DNA of 36,349 nucleotides from a virus (Duplodnaviria; Heunggongvirae; Uroviricota; Caudoviricetes): IMG/VR virus record IMGVR_UViG_2718217867_000002, positions 1 to 36,349 of that record; one strand, 5' to 3'. Shown piece by piece: positions 1 to 7,741 of this stretch (position 1 is its first letter; each line of letters starts with the position of its first letter). The notes under the pieces were generated by a model. It saw only the letters and a program-made list of their open reading frames with translations, ran no database searches and was not told where the DNA came from. The position numbers and the translations under genes were made by a program.

Positions 1-174
1 TATCGCGCCCTCAACAATGAGTTTTGTGATGCGGTGCCTGGTGCCTCCAGGTGACGTTAACCAGTTAACAATTAACGCCGGATACAGAGAATCCACCCAT
101 AACACTGTTTTTGGTTTTAACTGTTCCGCGTGCGCTTAGCCGCATTCACCGCATCACAAAATTCACTTTAAAAA

Positions 175-227
175 GGGCGGCAGAGCAGTCACGGAGTAAA
201 ACTGATACCGCCAAACGTCACCAGAAA
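175..227 (-). ncRNA. dicF: DicF-like small RNA (cell-division inhibitor sRNA of Qin-type prophages)
   Basis: Minus-strand 53 nt reading 5'-TTTCTGGTGACGTTTGGCGGTATCAG...CTGCCGCCC-3' followed by a T-run; matches my recollection of E. coli DicF and lies downstream of the ydfC-like gene as in Qin. Coordinates +-2. Confidence 0.55.
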
Positions 228-567
228 ATTGATAACAGAGGGCGTTGCAGCGGGGTTGTCACTTAAGCGTATGGTCAACCTGACAACCCGGTGTCCTCAA
301 CGGGGAAGGAATAACCCCGCCATACTTACCGCCGCGCCATTTCGCGTAGTGCCACAACCGGAAGCGCACGGTCGACGAAAATTTAACGACAGGCTATCTA
401 TGAACCAGCTACCTCGCCGTGCGCTTTCGCGTTATGGTCTGACTTTTCATGGAAATATCCTTTCAGTAAACTGTCAGTGCCGGATGCTCACCCGTGTCCG
501 GCGCACGCACTCCACCTCACCCGTGGAGAACTCCTTAATTACCAACCTTAGCTTCGTTGGTTAGCTA

Positions 568-786
568 TTAACGCTGGTATGTAATCATTCTGGCAATGCT
601 TAATGCCGCTGCTTTTTCCAGCCTGGTGATATCCTGCTCCAGAGCGGACAGATTTTCAGCCTGCTTAGCCCTGGCTTCATTGGCCCATTTCAGATCCTGC
701 GCTGCATTAATTTTCTGGCGCATCCACTCATAAAGTTCATCATCGGTATAGTCTGGCGCGATGATGACGGGTTCTCGTTTCTGCAT
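568..786 (-). CDS. Small early-operon protein, YdfC-like (72 aa), function unknown
   Basis: ORF track; start codon preceded by GAGGAA; third gene of the leftward operon; length equals E. coli YdfC. Confidence 0.65.
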   Translation of the reverse strand: MQKREPVIIAPDYTDDELYEWMRQKINAAQDLKWANEARAKQAENLSALEQDITRLEKAAALSIARMITYQR

Positions 787-815
787 ACTGATTCCTCGCG
801 GTGCTGTTTCGCTTA

Positions 816-944
816 TCAGCCGTTAGATTTTGCCGAACTGGAAAGCGCCTGTTTAAACTCACTGAAGCTGAGGGCTTCTTCGCCTTCGGCAAGGCCTTCG
901 AAGTATTCTTCGTAAGCCTTTTCCATGATTGTGTCGAAATCCAT
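816..944 (-). CDS. Small acidic protein, YdfB-like (42 aa)
   Basis: Own translation of the minus strand (MDFDTIMEKAYEEYFEGLAEGEEALSFSEFKQALSSSAKSNG); GGTGA-type RBS; stop lies 27 nt upstream of the next start; below the ORF-track length cutoff. Confidence 0.55.
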   Translation of the reverse strand: MDFDTIMEKAYEEYFEGLAEGEEALSFSEFKQALSSSAKSNG

Positions 945-945
945 A

Positions 946-1101
946 TCACTCACCTGAGTTTCTTTCCAGCCAGCGACGGGCACCATTTTCGGTTTTAAAC
1001 GTTTTGCTTTTGGTATACGTCATCGCGGTGAATGTGCCGTCCTGGTTGGGAAACACGCCGCATACCAGAGATTCGTTGTTGCCAAGATCGATAGTATCCA
1101 T
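946..1101 (-). CDS. Small protein, YdfA-like (51 aa from internal Met MDTIDLGNNESLV...)
   Basis: ORF 946..1155 in the track; the internal ATG at 1099-1101 is preceded by GGGGAAATGAGG; 51 aa equals YdfA; first gene after the promoter downstream of the repressor. Confidence 0.6.
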   Translation of the reverse strand: MDTIDLGNNESLVCGVFPNQDGTFTAMTYTKSKTFKTENGARRWLERNSGE

Positions 1102-1159
1102 GCTGACCTCATTTCCCCTTAACGCCAGGGTAGCGGAACTGTTTGCTGAGAACACCGTG

Positions 1160-1308
1160 CGGTGTCTTGATGAGTAGAATTTAGAATAACCTAAGAATTG
1201 TGGTCAAGCTTTTTGTGTAGAAAAACCTAAGTTTTTTGATGTAAAAAACACAAGCATTTGAAAGTTTGTGCTTTTTATTACAGAGAGTGGCGAAAAAAAA
1301 GGGGGGGG
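1160..1308 (-). promoter_or_regulatory. Promoter/operator region of the leftward ydfA-like operon (PdicB-like)
   Basis: Minus strand reads TTGACC-18 nt-TAAATT with a CTTAGGT motif in the spacer and a second CTTAGGT about 45 bp upstream; the same heptamer recurs in the repressor/cro intergenic region. Confidence 0.45.
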
Positions 1309-1716
1309 TTATTTATTTGCGCTTCTTTTGCGAGCTTTGAGTAGTTCTTCAAAAAGTTTGTTGAAATTCTCAACTCGAGCACGCATCTCTGACAACAGAG
1401 CCTTTTGCTCTGACTCAGGCAGTGCGTCGAACAGTTGAAGCAACTCTTTTTGATCTTCTGTCAGATTAACTGGCTGATTATCTGGGATCGGTTCGCCTGG
1501 TTGCTTATCTTCATCTCCAAAAAGAAGCCAAGTCGGCGAGCACTGAAGCGCCTGGCTCAGTGCGAATAATCTCTTCCCCGCTGGCTGTGTTTCATCTCTT
1601 TCCCATTGAGAAATTGTTACGTGAGCCACTTTGACCAGCTTACCTAATGCGGCCTGAGACAGTTTTAATTTTTTACGCCTGTATAAGAGGCGAGCACCGA
1701 AGGTTTCGTTTTTCAT
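1309..1716 (-). CDS. dicA: Prophage repressor, XRE-family HTH, DicA-like (no S24 peptidase domain)
   Basis: 135 aa; HTH motif LSQAALGKLVKVAHVTISQWERDET; C-terminal ...NFNKLFEELLKARKRSANK resembles E. coli DicA; divergent from a Cro-like gene. Confidence 0.85.
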   Translation of the reverse strand: MKNETFGARLLYRRKKLKLSQAALGKLVKVAHVTISQWERDETQPAGKRLFALSQALQCSPTWLLFGDEDKQPGEPIPDNQPVNLTEDQKELLQLFDALPESEQKALLSEMRARVENFNKLFEELLKARKRSANK

Positions 1717-1792
1717 ATTAGGTAATTCTAATTTTTCTTGACTTAGGTTTCTCTACGATCTAGTTTCCTTAGGAAAATCTAAGGAGTTCGAT
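1717..1792. promoter_or_regulatory. Divergent promoter/operator region between repressor and cro-like gene
   Basis: 76-bp intergenic region carrying CTTAGGT-like motifs, including the palindrome CCTTAGG-aaaat-CTAAGG and a TTGACT -35-like hexamer. Confidence 0.5.
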
Positions 1793-2020
1793 ATGTTGAA
1801 AATTGATGCTATAGCGTTTTTTGGCAGCAAAACAAAGCTTGCCAATGCCGCAGGAGTTAGGCTGGCAAGCGTTGCTGCATGGGGGAAACTGGTTCCTGAA
1901 GGTCGCGCGATGCGTCTACAGGAGGCATCCGGCGGGGAACTTCAGTACGACCCCAAAGTTTATGACGAATATCGTAAGGCAAAGCGGGCGGGGCGGTTGA
2001 ACAATGAAAATCACCCCTGA
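1793..2020 (+). CDS. Cro-like HTH regulator (DicC/YdaS-like)
   Basis: 75 aa; AAGGAG RBS; position and divergent orientation relative to the repressor. Confidence 0.8.
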   Translation: MLKIDAIAFFGSKTKLANAAGVRLASVAAWGKLVPEGRAMRLQEASGGELQYDPKVYDEYRKAKRAGRLNNENHP

Positions 2021-2555
2021 ACAGGTTTGTGAGGCTCTGGATGCCTGGGTATGTCGACCAGGAATGACACAGGAGCAAGCGACGATATTAATCACGGAAG
2101 CATTCTGGGCTCTGAAAGAACGCCCGAACATCGATGTTCAACGCGTCACGTTTAATGATGGCGAGGTTGATCAACGGGCGCTGGGCGTTAACCGGGTGAA
2201 GATATTCGAACGCTGGAAAGCTATCGACACTAGGGATAAGCGGAAAAAATTCACGGCGCTGATTCCGGCAATTATGGAGGCTATCCGAATTAGTGATTTC
2301 AGGTTGTATCGTGAGATCAGTGATGGAAAAAGCATTACGTACATGATCGCCGGATTAAACAAAGAATATGGCGATGTGGTGGAGTCCGGGTTGCTTTTTG
2401 CGGATCCAGCTGTTGTGGAACGTGAGACTGACGAGCTTATAGAAAAAGCTATTGCTTTCAAGCATGCGTATCGTCAGCAATATCAATATTACTTTGCAGA
2501 TAAACAAATGTCTGCCAGGGGTTTGTATGAGTATCGATGCACTACGATGGGCTAA
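2004..2555 (+). CDS. YdaT-like protein (proposed CII functional analogue of Qin/Rac/CP-933P-type prophages)
   Basis: 183 aa; start overlaps the cro-like stop; position matches the ydaS-ydaT arrangement. Confidence 0.7.
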   Translation: MKITPEQVCEALDAWVCRPGMTQEQATILITEAFWALKERPNIDVQRVTFNDGEVDQRALGVNRVKIFERWKAIDTRDKRKKFTALIPAIMEAIRISDFRLYREISDGKSITYMIAGLNKEYGDVVESGLLFADPAVVERETDELIEKAIAFKHAYRQQYQYYFADKQMSARGLYEYRCTTMG

Positions 2556-3567
2556 AAAGGTGAAAACCGGCAGTTCATCCAGTAAGTCTGTATTGACCTG
2601 GCTTGCTGATATGTGCGGTGCCGATTTGTGTGCATACCCGTCTGTATCTGCACTGGCAGAAGTAACGGAACTGAACAAAAAGACTGTGCAGGACAGCTTA
2701 CGACACCTGATGGAGATTGGGTTAATTGTTGATACCGGTGAGAGAAAAGGCAGAACAAAGCAAATTGTGGTGTACCGACTTATCGGTGTAGAAGAAAGTG
2801 TTGCCGAGCCTGAATACACCCAAAAACGGGAGTCTTTAAAGGTGGGTAAAACTGGTGCTGTTAATAAAAACAGTACCGAAAATGGTTATGTTTCAGCACA
2901 AAACAGACCCAAAAACGGAACTCTTAGCTGCATGGAAAATAACCAAAGACACCCAAATTTTCCATCAAAGACACCCAAAAACGGATCACGGAACCCAAAG
3001 GAACCCAAAGATCTAAACCCCACACATAACGCACGCGAGAGTGCTCCGACCAGTGAGCAGGAAGTTTTATCGTTACAGGCAGCACCCCTTGTATTCCTGG
3101 ATGGCCTGAGCGAACCCATCGGAAAATTTCCGATGACCGATAGCTGGTATCCGTCACGGGATTTTCGACGACGGGCTGCGTTGTGGGGGATGGCTTTGCC
3201 GGAGACAGAATTTACACCTGCTGAACTTGCCGCCTTCCGGGACTACTGGGCAGCGGAGGGGAAAGTGTTTACGCAGATTCAGTGGGAGCAGAAATTCGCC
3301 CGTCACGTAAATCACGTCAGGGCGCAGGTTAAACCAGTCAGCAAGGGGGTAAGCCATGCAGCAGCACCAGGTAGTACCGCATCACGGGCAGTTCAGGAAA
3401 TTCGGGCCGCACGTGAGCAGTGGGAACGTGAAAACGGATTTATCAGCGACGGAAACGGCGTGGAAGCTGTGGGAGCTCATGGGGGAGGTTTATTCAAACC
3501 GCTGGACTCAGAAGAACGGGGCCGCACCTTCGACGCTCTGGATTGCACAGATTGGCGCGATGACTGA
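2527..3567 (+). CDS. Replication initiator / replisome organiser (O-like; N-terminal winged-helix domain, C-terminal DnaT-like region)
   Basis: ATG at 2527 preceded by AGGGG is preferred over the TTG at 2452 in the ORF track; iteron-like repeats lie inside the gene as in lambda O. Confidence 0.75.
   Translation: MSIDALRWAKKVKTGSSSSKSVLTWLADMCGADLCAYPSVSALAEVTELNKKTVQDSLRHLMEIGLIVDTGERKGRTKQIVVYRLIGVEESVAEPEYTQKRESLKVGKTGAVNKNSTENGYVSAQNRPKNGTLSCMENNQRHPNFPSKTPKNGSRNPKEPKDLNPTHNARESAPTSEQEVLSLQAAPLVFLDGLSEPIGKFPMTDSWYPSRDFRRRAALWGMALPETEFTPAELAAFRDYWAAEGKVFTQIQWEQKFARHVNHVRAQVKPVSKGVSHAAAPGSTASRAVQEIRAAREQWERENGFISDGNGVEAVGAHGGGLFKPLDSEERGRTFDALDCTDWRDD
2905..3010. repeat. Candidate origin iterons (five or more copies of an ACCCAAA-core repeat) inside the initiator gene
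   Basis: gACCCAAAaacgga, gacACCCAAAtttt, gacACCCAAAaacgga, gaACCCAAAgg and gaACCCAAAgatc within about 100 bp. Confidence 0.45.
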
Positions 3568-4021
3568 GCAGCAAATCCGGCAGGTCTGCCGCCAGTGCAT
3601 GGACCGCTGCCGGGCGGGTGAAACATGGCCCCCGGACCTGGCTGAGTTTGTGGCGCTGATTTCGGAAAGCGGGGCCAACCCATTTGGTCTGACTGTGGAT
3701 GCCGTGATGGAAGAATACCGCCGCTGGCGCAATGAGTCATGGCGATACGACGGAAGCGATAAATATCCGTGGTCACAGCCCGTGCTGTATCACATTTGCC
3801 TCGAGATGCGTTCAAAGGGGATTGAACGCCAGATGACCGAAGGGGAATTAAAACGGCTTGCAGAACGGCAGCTGACGAAATGGGCAAAGCATGTTAGTAA
3901 CGGCCTGAGCGTTCCGCCAGTACGGCGACAACTGGCGGCACCAAAACGCCCGTTGGGACCAACGCCAATTGAGTTGCTGAAACAGGAGTATGAACGCCGG
4001 AAAGCGGCTGGTTTTGTCTGA
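3356..4021 (+). CDS. Replication protein P-like (helicase loader)
   Basis: 221 aa; AAGGGGG RBS 6 nt before the ATG at 3356; C-terminal half resembles lambda P (DKYPWSQ vs SYPWKS; [13 protein letters not shown] vs TDAELRRKAADEL); overlaps the O-like ORF by 212 nt in another frame. Confidence 0.7.
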   Translation: MQQHQVVPHHGQFRKFGPHVSSGNVKTDLSATETAWKLWELMGEVYSNRWTQKNGAAPSTLWIAQIGAMTEQQIRQVCRQCMDRCRAGETWPPDLAEFVALISESGANPFGLTVDAVMEEYRRWRNESWRYDGSDKYPWSQPVLYHICLEMRSKGIERQMTEGELKRLAERQLTKWAKHVSNGLSVPPVRRQLAAPKRPLGPTPIELLKQEYERRKAAGFV

Positions 4022-4055
4022 TTTGAGAAGTAATTTTTACCGGGAGGAAATTTTA

Positions 4056-4802
4056 ATGGAAACCGTTTTTGATGCACTGAAAGCAATGGGAAAAGCCACG
4101 TCGGTAGAACTGGCTACGCGACTTGATATCAGTCGTGAAGAAGTGCTGAACGAGCTGTGGGAACTGAAAAAGGCTGGCTTCGTTGATAAAAGCGTATACA
4201 CCTGGCGTGTGGCTTATAACAACGTTCAGCAGGAACAGCCAGCGCCGGCAGAACTGCCGGAAGAAACCACCACGACAACAGTCGCTAAAATTTCGGAGAA
4301 CGATTTAACTGCGACGATTGAACAACGTGGACCACAAACGGCGGATGAACTGGCTACGCTGTTCGGTACCACATCCCGCAAAGTGGCTTCAACGCTGGCA
4401 ATGGCAATCAGCAAAGGTCGTCTGATTCGTGTAAACCAGAACGGTAAATTTCGTTACTGCATGCCGGGCGATAAGTTACCAGCAGAGCCGAAATCCGTGC
4501 CGGTAACGGAAAATGATGGTAAAGCCTTTCCTCAGCCAGCCGGTGTTGCGTTACCAGTACAGGAAGCTGCAACACAGGAAGATATTAAAACAGAAACTGT
4601 GGCTGATATTGTGCAATCGTTGCCATCGTTTACTGAAACGCGAGCGGATGACCTGGTTTTACCATCGCTGCATATGGCAAACCGCGAATTGCGTCGGGCG
4701 AAAAGTCATGTCCAGAAGTGGGAGCGAGTCTGCGCCGCGCTGCGGGAGCTGAACAAGCACCGGGATATGGTTGCCGGGATTTGTCGGAAGCCCGGGCAAT
4801 GA
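4056..4802 (+). CDS. Winged-helix DNA-binding protein of the replication module (DUF1627-like), function unknown
   Basis: ATG at 4056 preceded by GGGAGGAAA; two HTH-like segments ([28 protein letters not shown] and [29 protein letters not shown]). Confidence 0.65.
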   Translation: METVFDALKAMGKATSVELATRLDISREEVLNELWELKKAGFVDKSVYTWRVAYNNVQQEQPAPAELPEETTTTTVAKISENDLTATIEQRGPQTADELATLFGTTSRKVASTLAMAISKGRLIRVNQNGKFRYCMPGDKLPAEPKSVPVTENDGKAFPQPAGVALPVQEAATQEDIKTETVADIVQSLPSFTETRADDLVLPSLHMANRELRRAKSHVQKWERVCAALRELNKHRDMVAGICRKPGQ

Positions 4803-5661
4803 GCGGATGGTGCAGGCCTGAAATTATGATACTAACAATGAAGGTAAAATGCATTGGCAGTCTGATTGGTCGTAGTGAGGCGGCGGTCAGGATGAAAGCC
4901 CGGGTTAAGGGAATAAGCCTGATTCTGCGGGGTAATTTTCACCAGTCAACAAAATATCCGTAGCGCGATAACGGTCAAAAATCATGGCGCTGACACTTTT
5001 GTGCCACTGGAGATGACTGTACCTAAGTTCAGGGGAGAAGAACACGTCCGGTGGGATGGTCGGGCCAGATTTAAAGGGCAGGTCATGGCTCCAGCCAGTA
5101 CGCTGGCAATGGAGGCTGCCTGGCTGGAAATTGATATGGGAACCACGCCACTCAGGGATTTACTGCCGGTCCAGAGAATAAATTCCTGTTACGGTTACAC
5201 CACTGTGATCTTGCAAGTGCAGGAAAGTAGGTCTACACGGTAACGCGAGTGCGTGTAACTTTTGATGTTATTTCCGTAGAAACACCGGACAAATTTTCGC
5301 TGGCAGGTCATGCTGAAGGTATAATTCTGCAGATTATGGACAATTACGGATATCCGGCAAGAGCCGGAAAAAGCATGCCGCCTCTAATTCTCAGTGGAAG
5401 ATGGACTTGATTATACTCATTGCATTGTCAGAAATAGTTATCCATTAAAGGCTGGCTATTCCAAACAGGATGTTGATTACAAAAATGTAATCAACATGTA
5501 AGGTTTATACTCTTCAATATGCGTATAATTTTCCTTATTTTGTTAACTTTAAATAACAAGCTATGCACGAGGTAAAGTCGGATAAGTTTATCTGGATGTA
5601 ATATATATTATTTGTAGTGTTTATAACTTTATTTCATGATAACCAATAAAAGGAGTTTTTT

Positions 5662-6420
5662 ATGAGGAACATAATGGCAGGTTTTTAAATATTCCTGTCT
5701 TCTGCTGCTTATGCTGATATCAATCTGTATGGTCCTGGTGGACCGCATACAGCCTTGCTTGATGCAGCCAAACTTTATGCCGAAAAAACAGGTATTATAG
5801 TGAACGTTCATTACGGCCCACAGAACAAATGGAATGAAGATGCCAAAAAAAATGCAGATATCTTGTTTGGCGCATCAGAACAATCTGCTCTGGCTATCAT
5901 TCGGGACCATAAAGACAGCTTCAGTGAAAAAGATATTCAGCCTCTTTATCTGCGAAAAAGTATTTTACTGGTAAAGAAAGGTAATCCTAAAAATATCCGG
6001 AGTATTGACGACCTGACCAGACCTGGGATTGGCGTAATTGTTAATGATGGTGGTGGTACCAGTAATACATCAGGCACTGGCGTCTGGGAAGATATTGCCG
6101 GACGTAAAGGGAATATAGAAACTGTCGCCGCAATCCGAAAAAATATTATTTTATATGCGCCCAATAGCGGAACTGCACGGAAGGCTCTTGAGAATCAGCC
6201 TGAAGCAGATGTCTGGATAACCTGGGCTGACTGGGCAGCCAGTAATCCAGAAATTGGTGATGTCGTGGAAATAGCGCCAGACTACGTGATATGGCGTGAT
6301 ATGAACATTACAGTACGTCAGGATGCAAATGATGAAACCCGTCGATTTGCAGAATGGCTACAAACCGATGAAGCGGCGCCTGCATTCAAAAAATATGGCT
6401 GGACCAGGAAAGGCACTTGA
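5662..6420 (+). pseudogene. paa: AcfC/PEB3-family periplasmic binding protein gene (Paa/AdfO-like), interrupted by an in-frame TAA at codon 9 in the signal peptide
   Basis: AAAGGAG RBS 6 nt before the ATG at 5662; reading MRNIMAGF-TAA-IFLSSAAYA then DINLYGPGGPHTALLDAAK..., with NTSGTGVWED and KKYGW motifs typical of AcfC/PEB3; the ORF track only opens at the TTG at 5755; about 252 codons; AT-rich surroundings. Confidence 0.7.
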
Positions 6421-6425
6421 CATCC

Positions 6426-6455
6426 TCCACGTCCTTCAGGACGTGGATTCTTTTT
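6426..6455 (+). terminator. Intrinsic terminator after the AcfC-like gene
   Basis: TCCACGTCC-ttca-GGACGTGGA hairpin followed by TTCTTTTT. Confidence 0.5.
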
Positions 6456-6701
6456 CCGGATGCCGCGCCAGCGGCATGTAGGGGCAGCTCACAAAACGGA
6501 AAAAATTGTACGCTAAGCCTCGCCAGGTGAACTGAATTCATTCCGATATGGGAATTCCCATATCGGACGAAAACGGCTTGCTGTAACGGCAGAGTTAAGT
6601 AGAATTGCTGCGGGTGCTTGAGGCTATCTGCCTCGGGCATGAACACCAACGGCAGATAGATAAAAGCCCCACCCGACTATAAATCGAAGTGAGGCCCCTA
6701 T

Positions 6702-6914
6702 ATGCTCGTCACATATAGATTGCCTCTTACGGACCGAAAGGTCAAGGAGAAGCAGGCTATGAAGCAGCAAAAGGCGATGTTAATCGCCCTGATCGTCATC
6801 TGTTTAACCGTCATAGTGACGGCACTGGTAACGAGGAAAGACCTCTGCGAGGTACGAATCCGAACCGGCCAGACGGAGGTCGCTGTCTTCACAGCTTACG
6901 AACCTGAGGAGTAA
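6702..6914 (+). CDS. Mok-like frame (N-terminally extended reading frame ending at the hok stop)
   Basis: 70-aa ORF whose C-terminal 51 aa is the Hok peptide; its ATG sits inside the palindrome CTATATG-ctcgtca-CATATAG. Confidence 0.6.
   Translation: MLVTYRLPLTDRKVKEKQAMKQQKAMLIALIVICLTVIVTALVTRKDLCEVRIRTGQTEVAVFTAYEPEE
6759..6914 (+). CDS. hok: Hok/Gef-family type I toxin (51 aa membrane peptide)
   Basis: MKQQKAMLIALIVICLTVIVTALVTRKDLCEVRIRTGQTEVAVFTAYEPEE is a canonical Hok sequence; AAGGAGA RBS; intrinsic terminator downstream. Confidence 0.85.
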   Translation: MKQQKAMLIALIVICLTVIVTALVTRKDLCEVRIRTGQTEVAVFTAYEPEE

Positions 6915-6983
6915 GAGACCAGGCGGGGGAGAAATCCCTCGCCACCTCTGATGTGTCAGGCATCCTCAACGCACCCGCACTTA

Positions 6984-7009
6984 ACCCGCTTCGGCGGGTT
7001 TTTGTTTTT
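6984..7009 (+). terminator. Intrinsic terminator after hok
   Basis: ACCCGC-ttcg-GCGGGT followed by TTTTGTTTTT. Confidence 0.5.
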
Positions 7010-7134
7010 ATTTTCAACGCGTTTGAAGTTCCGGACGGCGCCGGAATAGAATCAAAAATACTTAAGTAGCGCGCAGGGAGAAGAGGGATGGACCCCGAAC
7101 AGGGGAGTGCTATTTATCTGGAAGGATTCTGTTG

Positions 7135-7395
7135 ATGAAAATCGAAGAATTACGTGAAATTTTTAGTGAAGATGGCCTCTATACTGTGCGCGTTGAGAAG
7201 GGCGCTATTGTCAGCCACTGCCGTATTAAATGTTTACAGTCTCAACAAAGGAAGAGTGGAGCTGCGTTAATTCATTTTGTGGATGGGCTTGTGACGGATG
7301 GTTTTATTTTGCGTGCAAATGAATTTGTCACATCGTTGCCGTCTCTGAAAGACGCTGGGATTAAGGCTGGTTTTTCTGCTTTTGAAGATGAGTGA
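7135..7395 (+). CDS. Hypothetical nin-region protein (86 aa)
   Basis: ORF with GGAAGGA RBS 7 nt upstream of the ATG; no recognisable motif. Confidence 0.45.
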   Translation: MKIEELREIFSEDGLYTVRVEKGAIVSHCRIKCLQSQQRKSGAALIHFVDGLVTDGFILRANEFVTSLPSLKDAGIKAGFSAFEDE

Positions 7396-7461
7396 ATTCA
7401 TCTACAATTCAGCGCAGGGCTGAACCCCTGTTGAGTAACACTGTGCCACCGGAGAAAGCCG

Positions 7462-7740
7462 ATGGCGCAAAATTCCAGACTACACAATTCTGATAATTCA
7501 GCCGTCTTTGCCAGCAGGCACGGGCGGCGTTCCCGCACTTTCAAATCTGACTGGTTCCAGCATGACCCATGCACTGAAGAACAGGCCGAGTGGCTAATTC
7601 AGTGCTACCGCAGACACGGATACGAGATTAAGAAAGCCCTCAGCCTCGATTATCGTCACTGGATAATCTCCGTCAGGCTTCCTTACTCTGAACGCCCACC
7701 GCGTCCGTCTCGCACATTCCAGCAACGCATCTGGAGGTAA
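7462..7740 (+). CDS. Hypothetical basic protein (92 aa)
   Basis: ORF with GGAGAAAG RBS; Arg-rich ends; ends immediately before the DUF968 gene. Confidence 0.45.
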   Translation: MAQNSRLHNSDNSAVFASRHGRRSRTFKSDWFQHDPCTEEQAEWLIQCYRRHGYEIKKALSLDYRHWIISVRLPYSERPPRPSRTFQQRIWR

Positions 7741-7741
7741 C

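Noticed and set aside
229-564. 111-aa plus-strand ORF at the left end of the window
   Set aside because: Arg-rich, random-looking translation with no RBS; it lies antisense to the leftward operon and overlaps the DicF-like element and its processing region. Most likely non-coding.
2452-2526. TTG-initiated N-terminal extension of the O-like ORF given by the ORF track
   Set aside because: No RBS; it would overlap the YdaT-like gene by about 100 nt. The ATG at 2527 has an AGGGG Shine-Dalgarno.
2355-2819. 154-aa minus-strand ORF across the YdaT-like/O-like junction
   Set aside because: Antisense to two well-supported, translationally coupled plus-strand genes; the composition looks non-coding.
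2900-3010. Possible CRISPR array suggested by short repeats
   Set aside because: The repeats are about 10 bp, degenerate, irregularly spaced and inside a coding region; they are iteron-like, not CRISPR repeats, and no cas genes are present.
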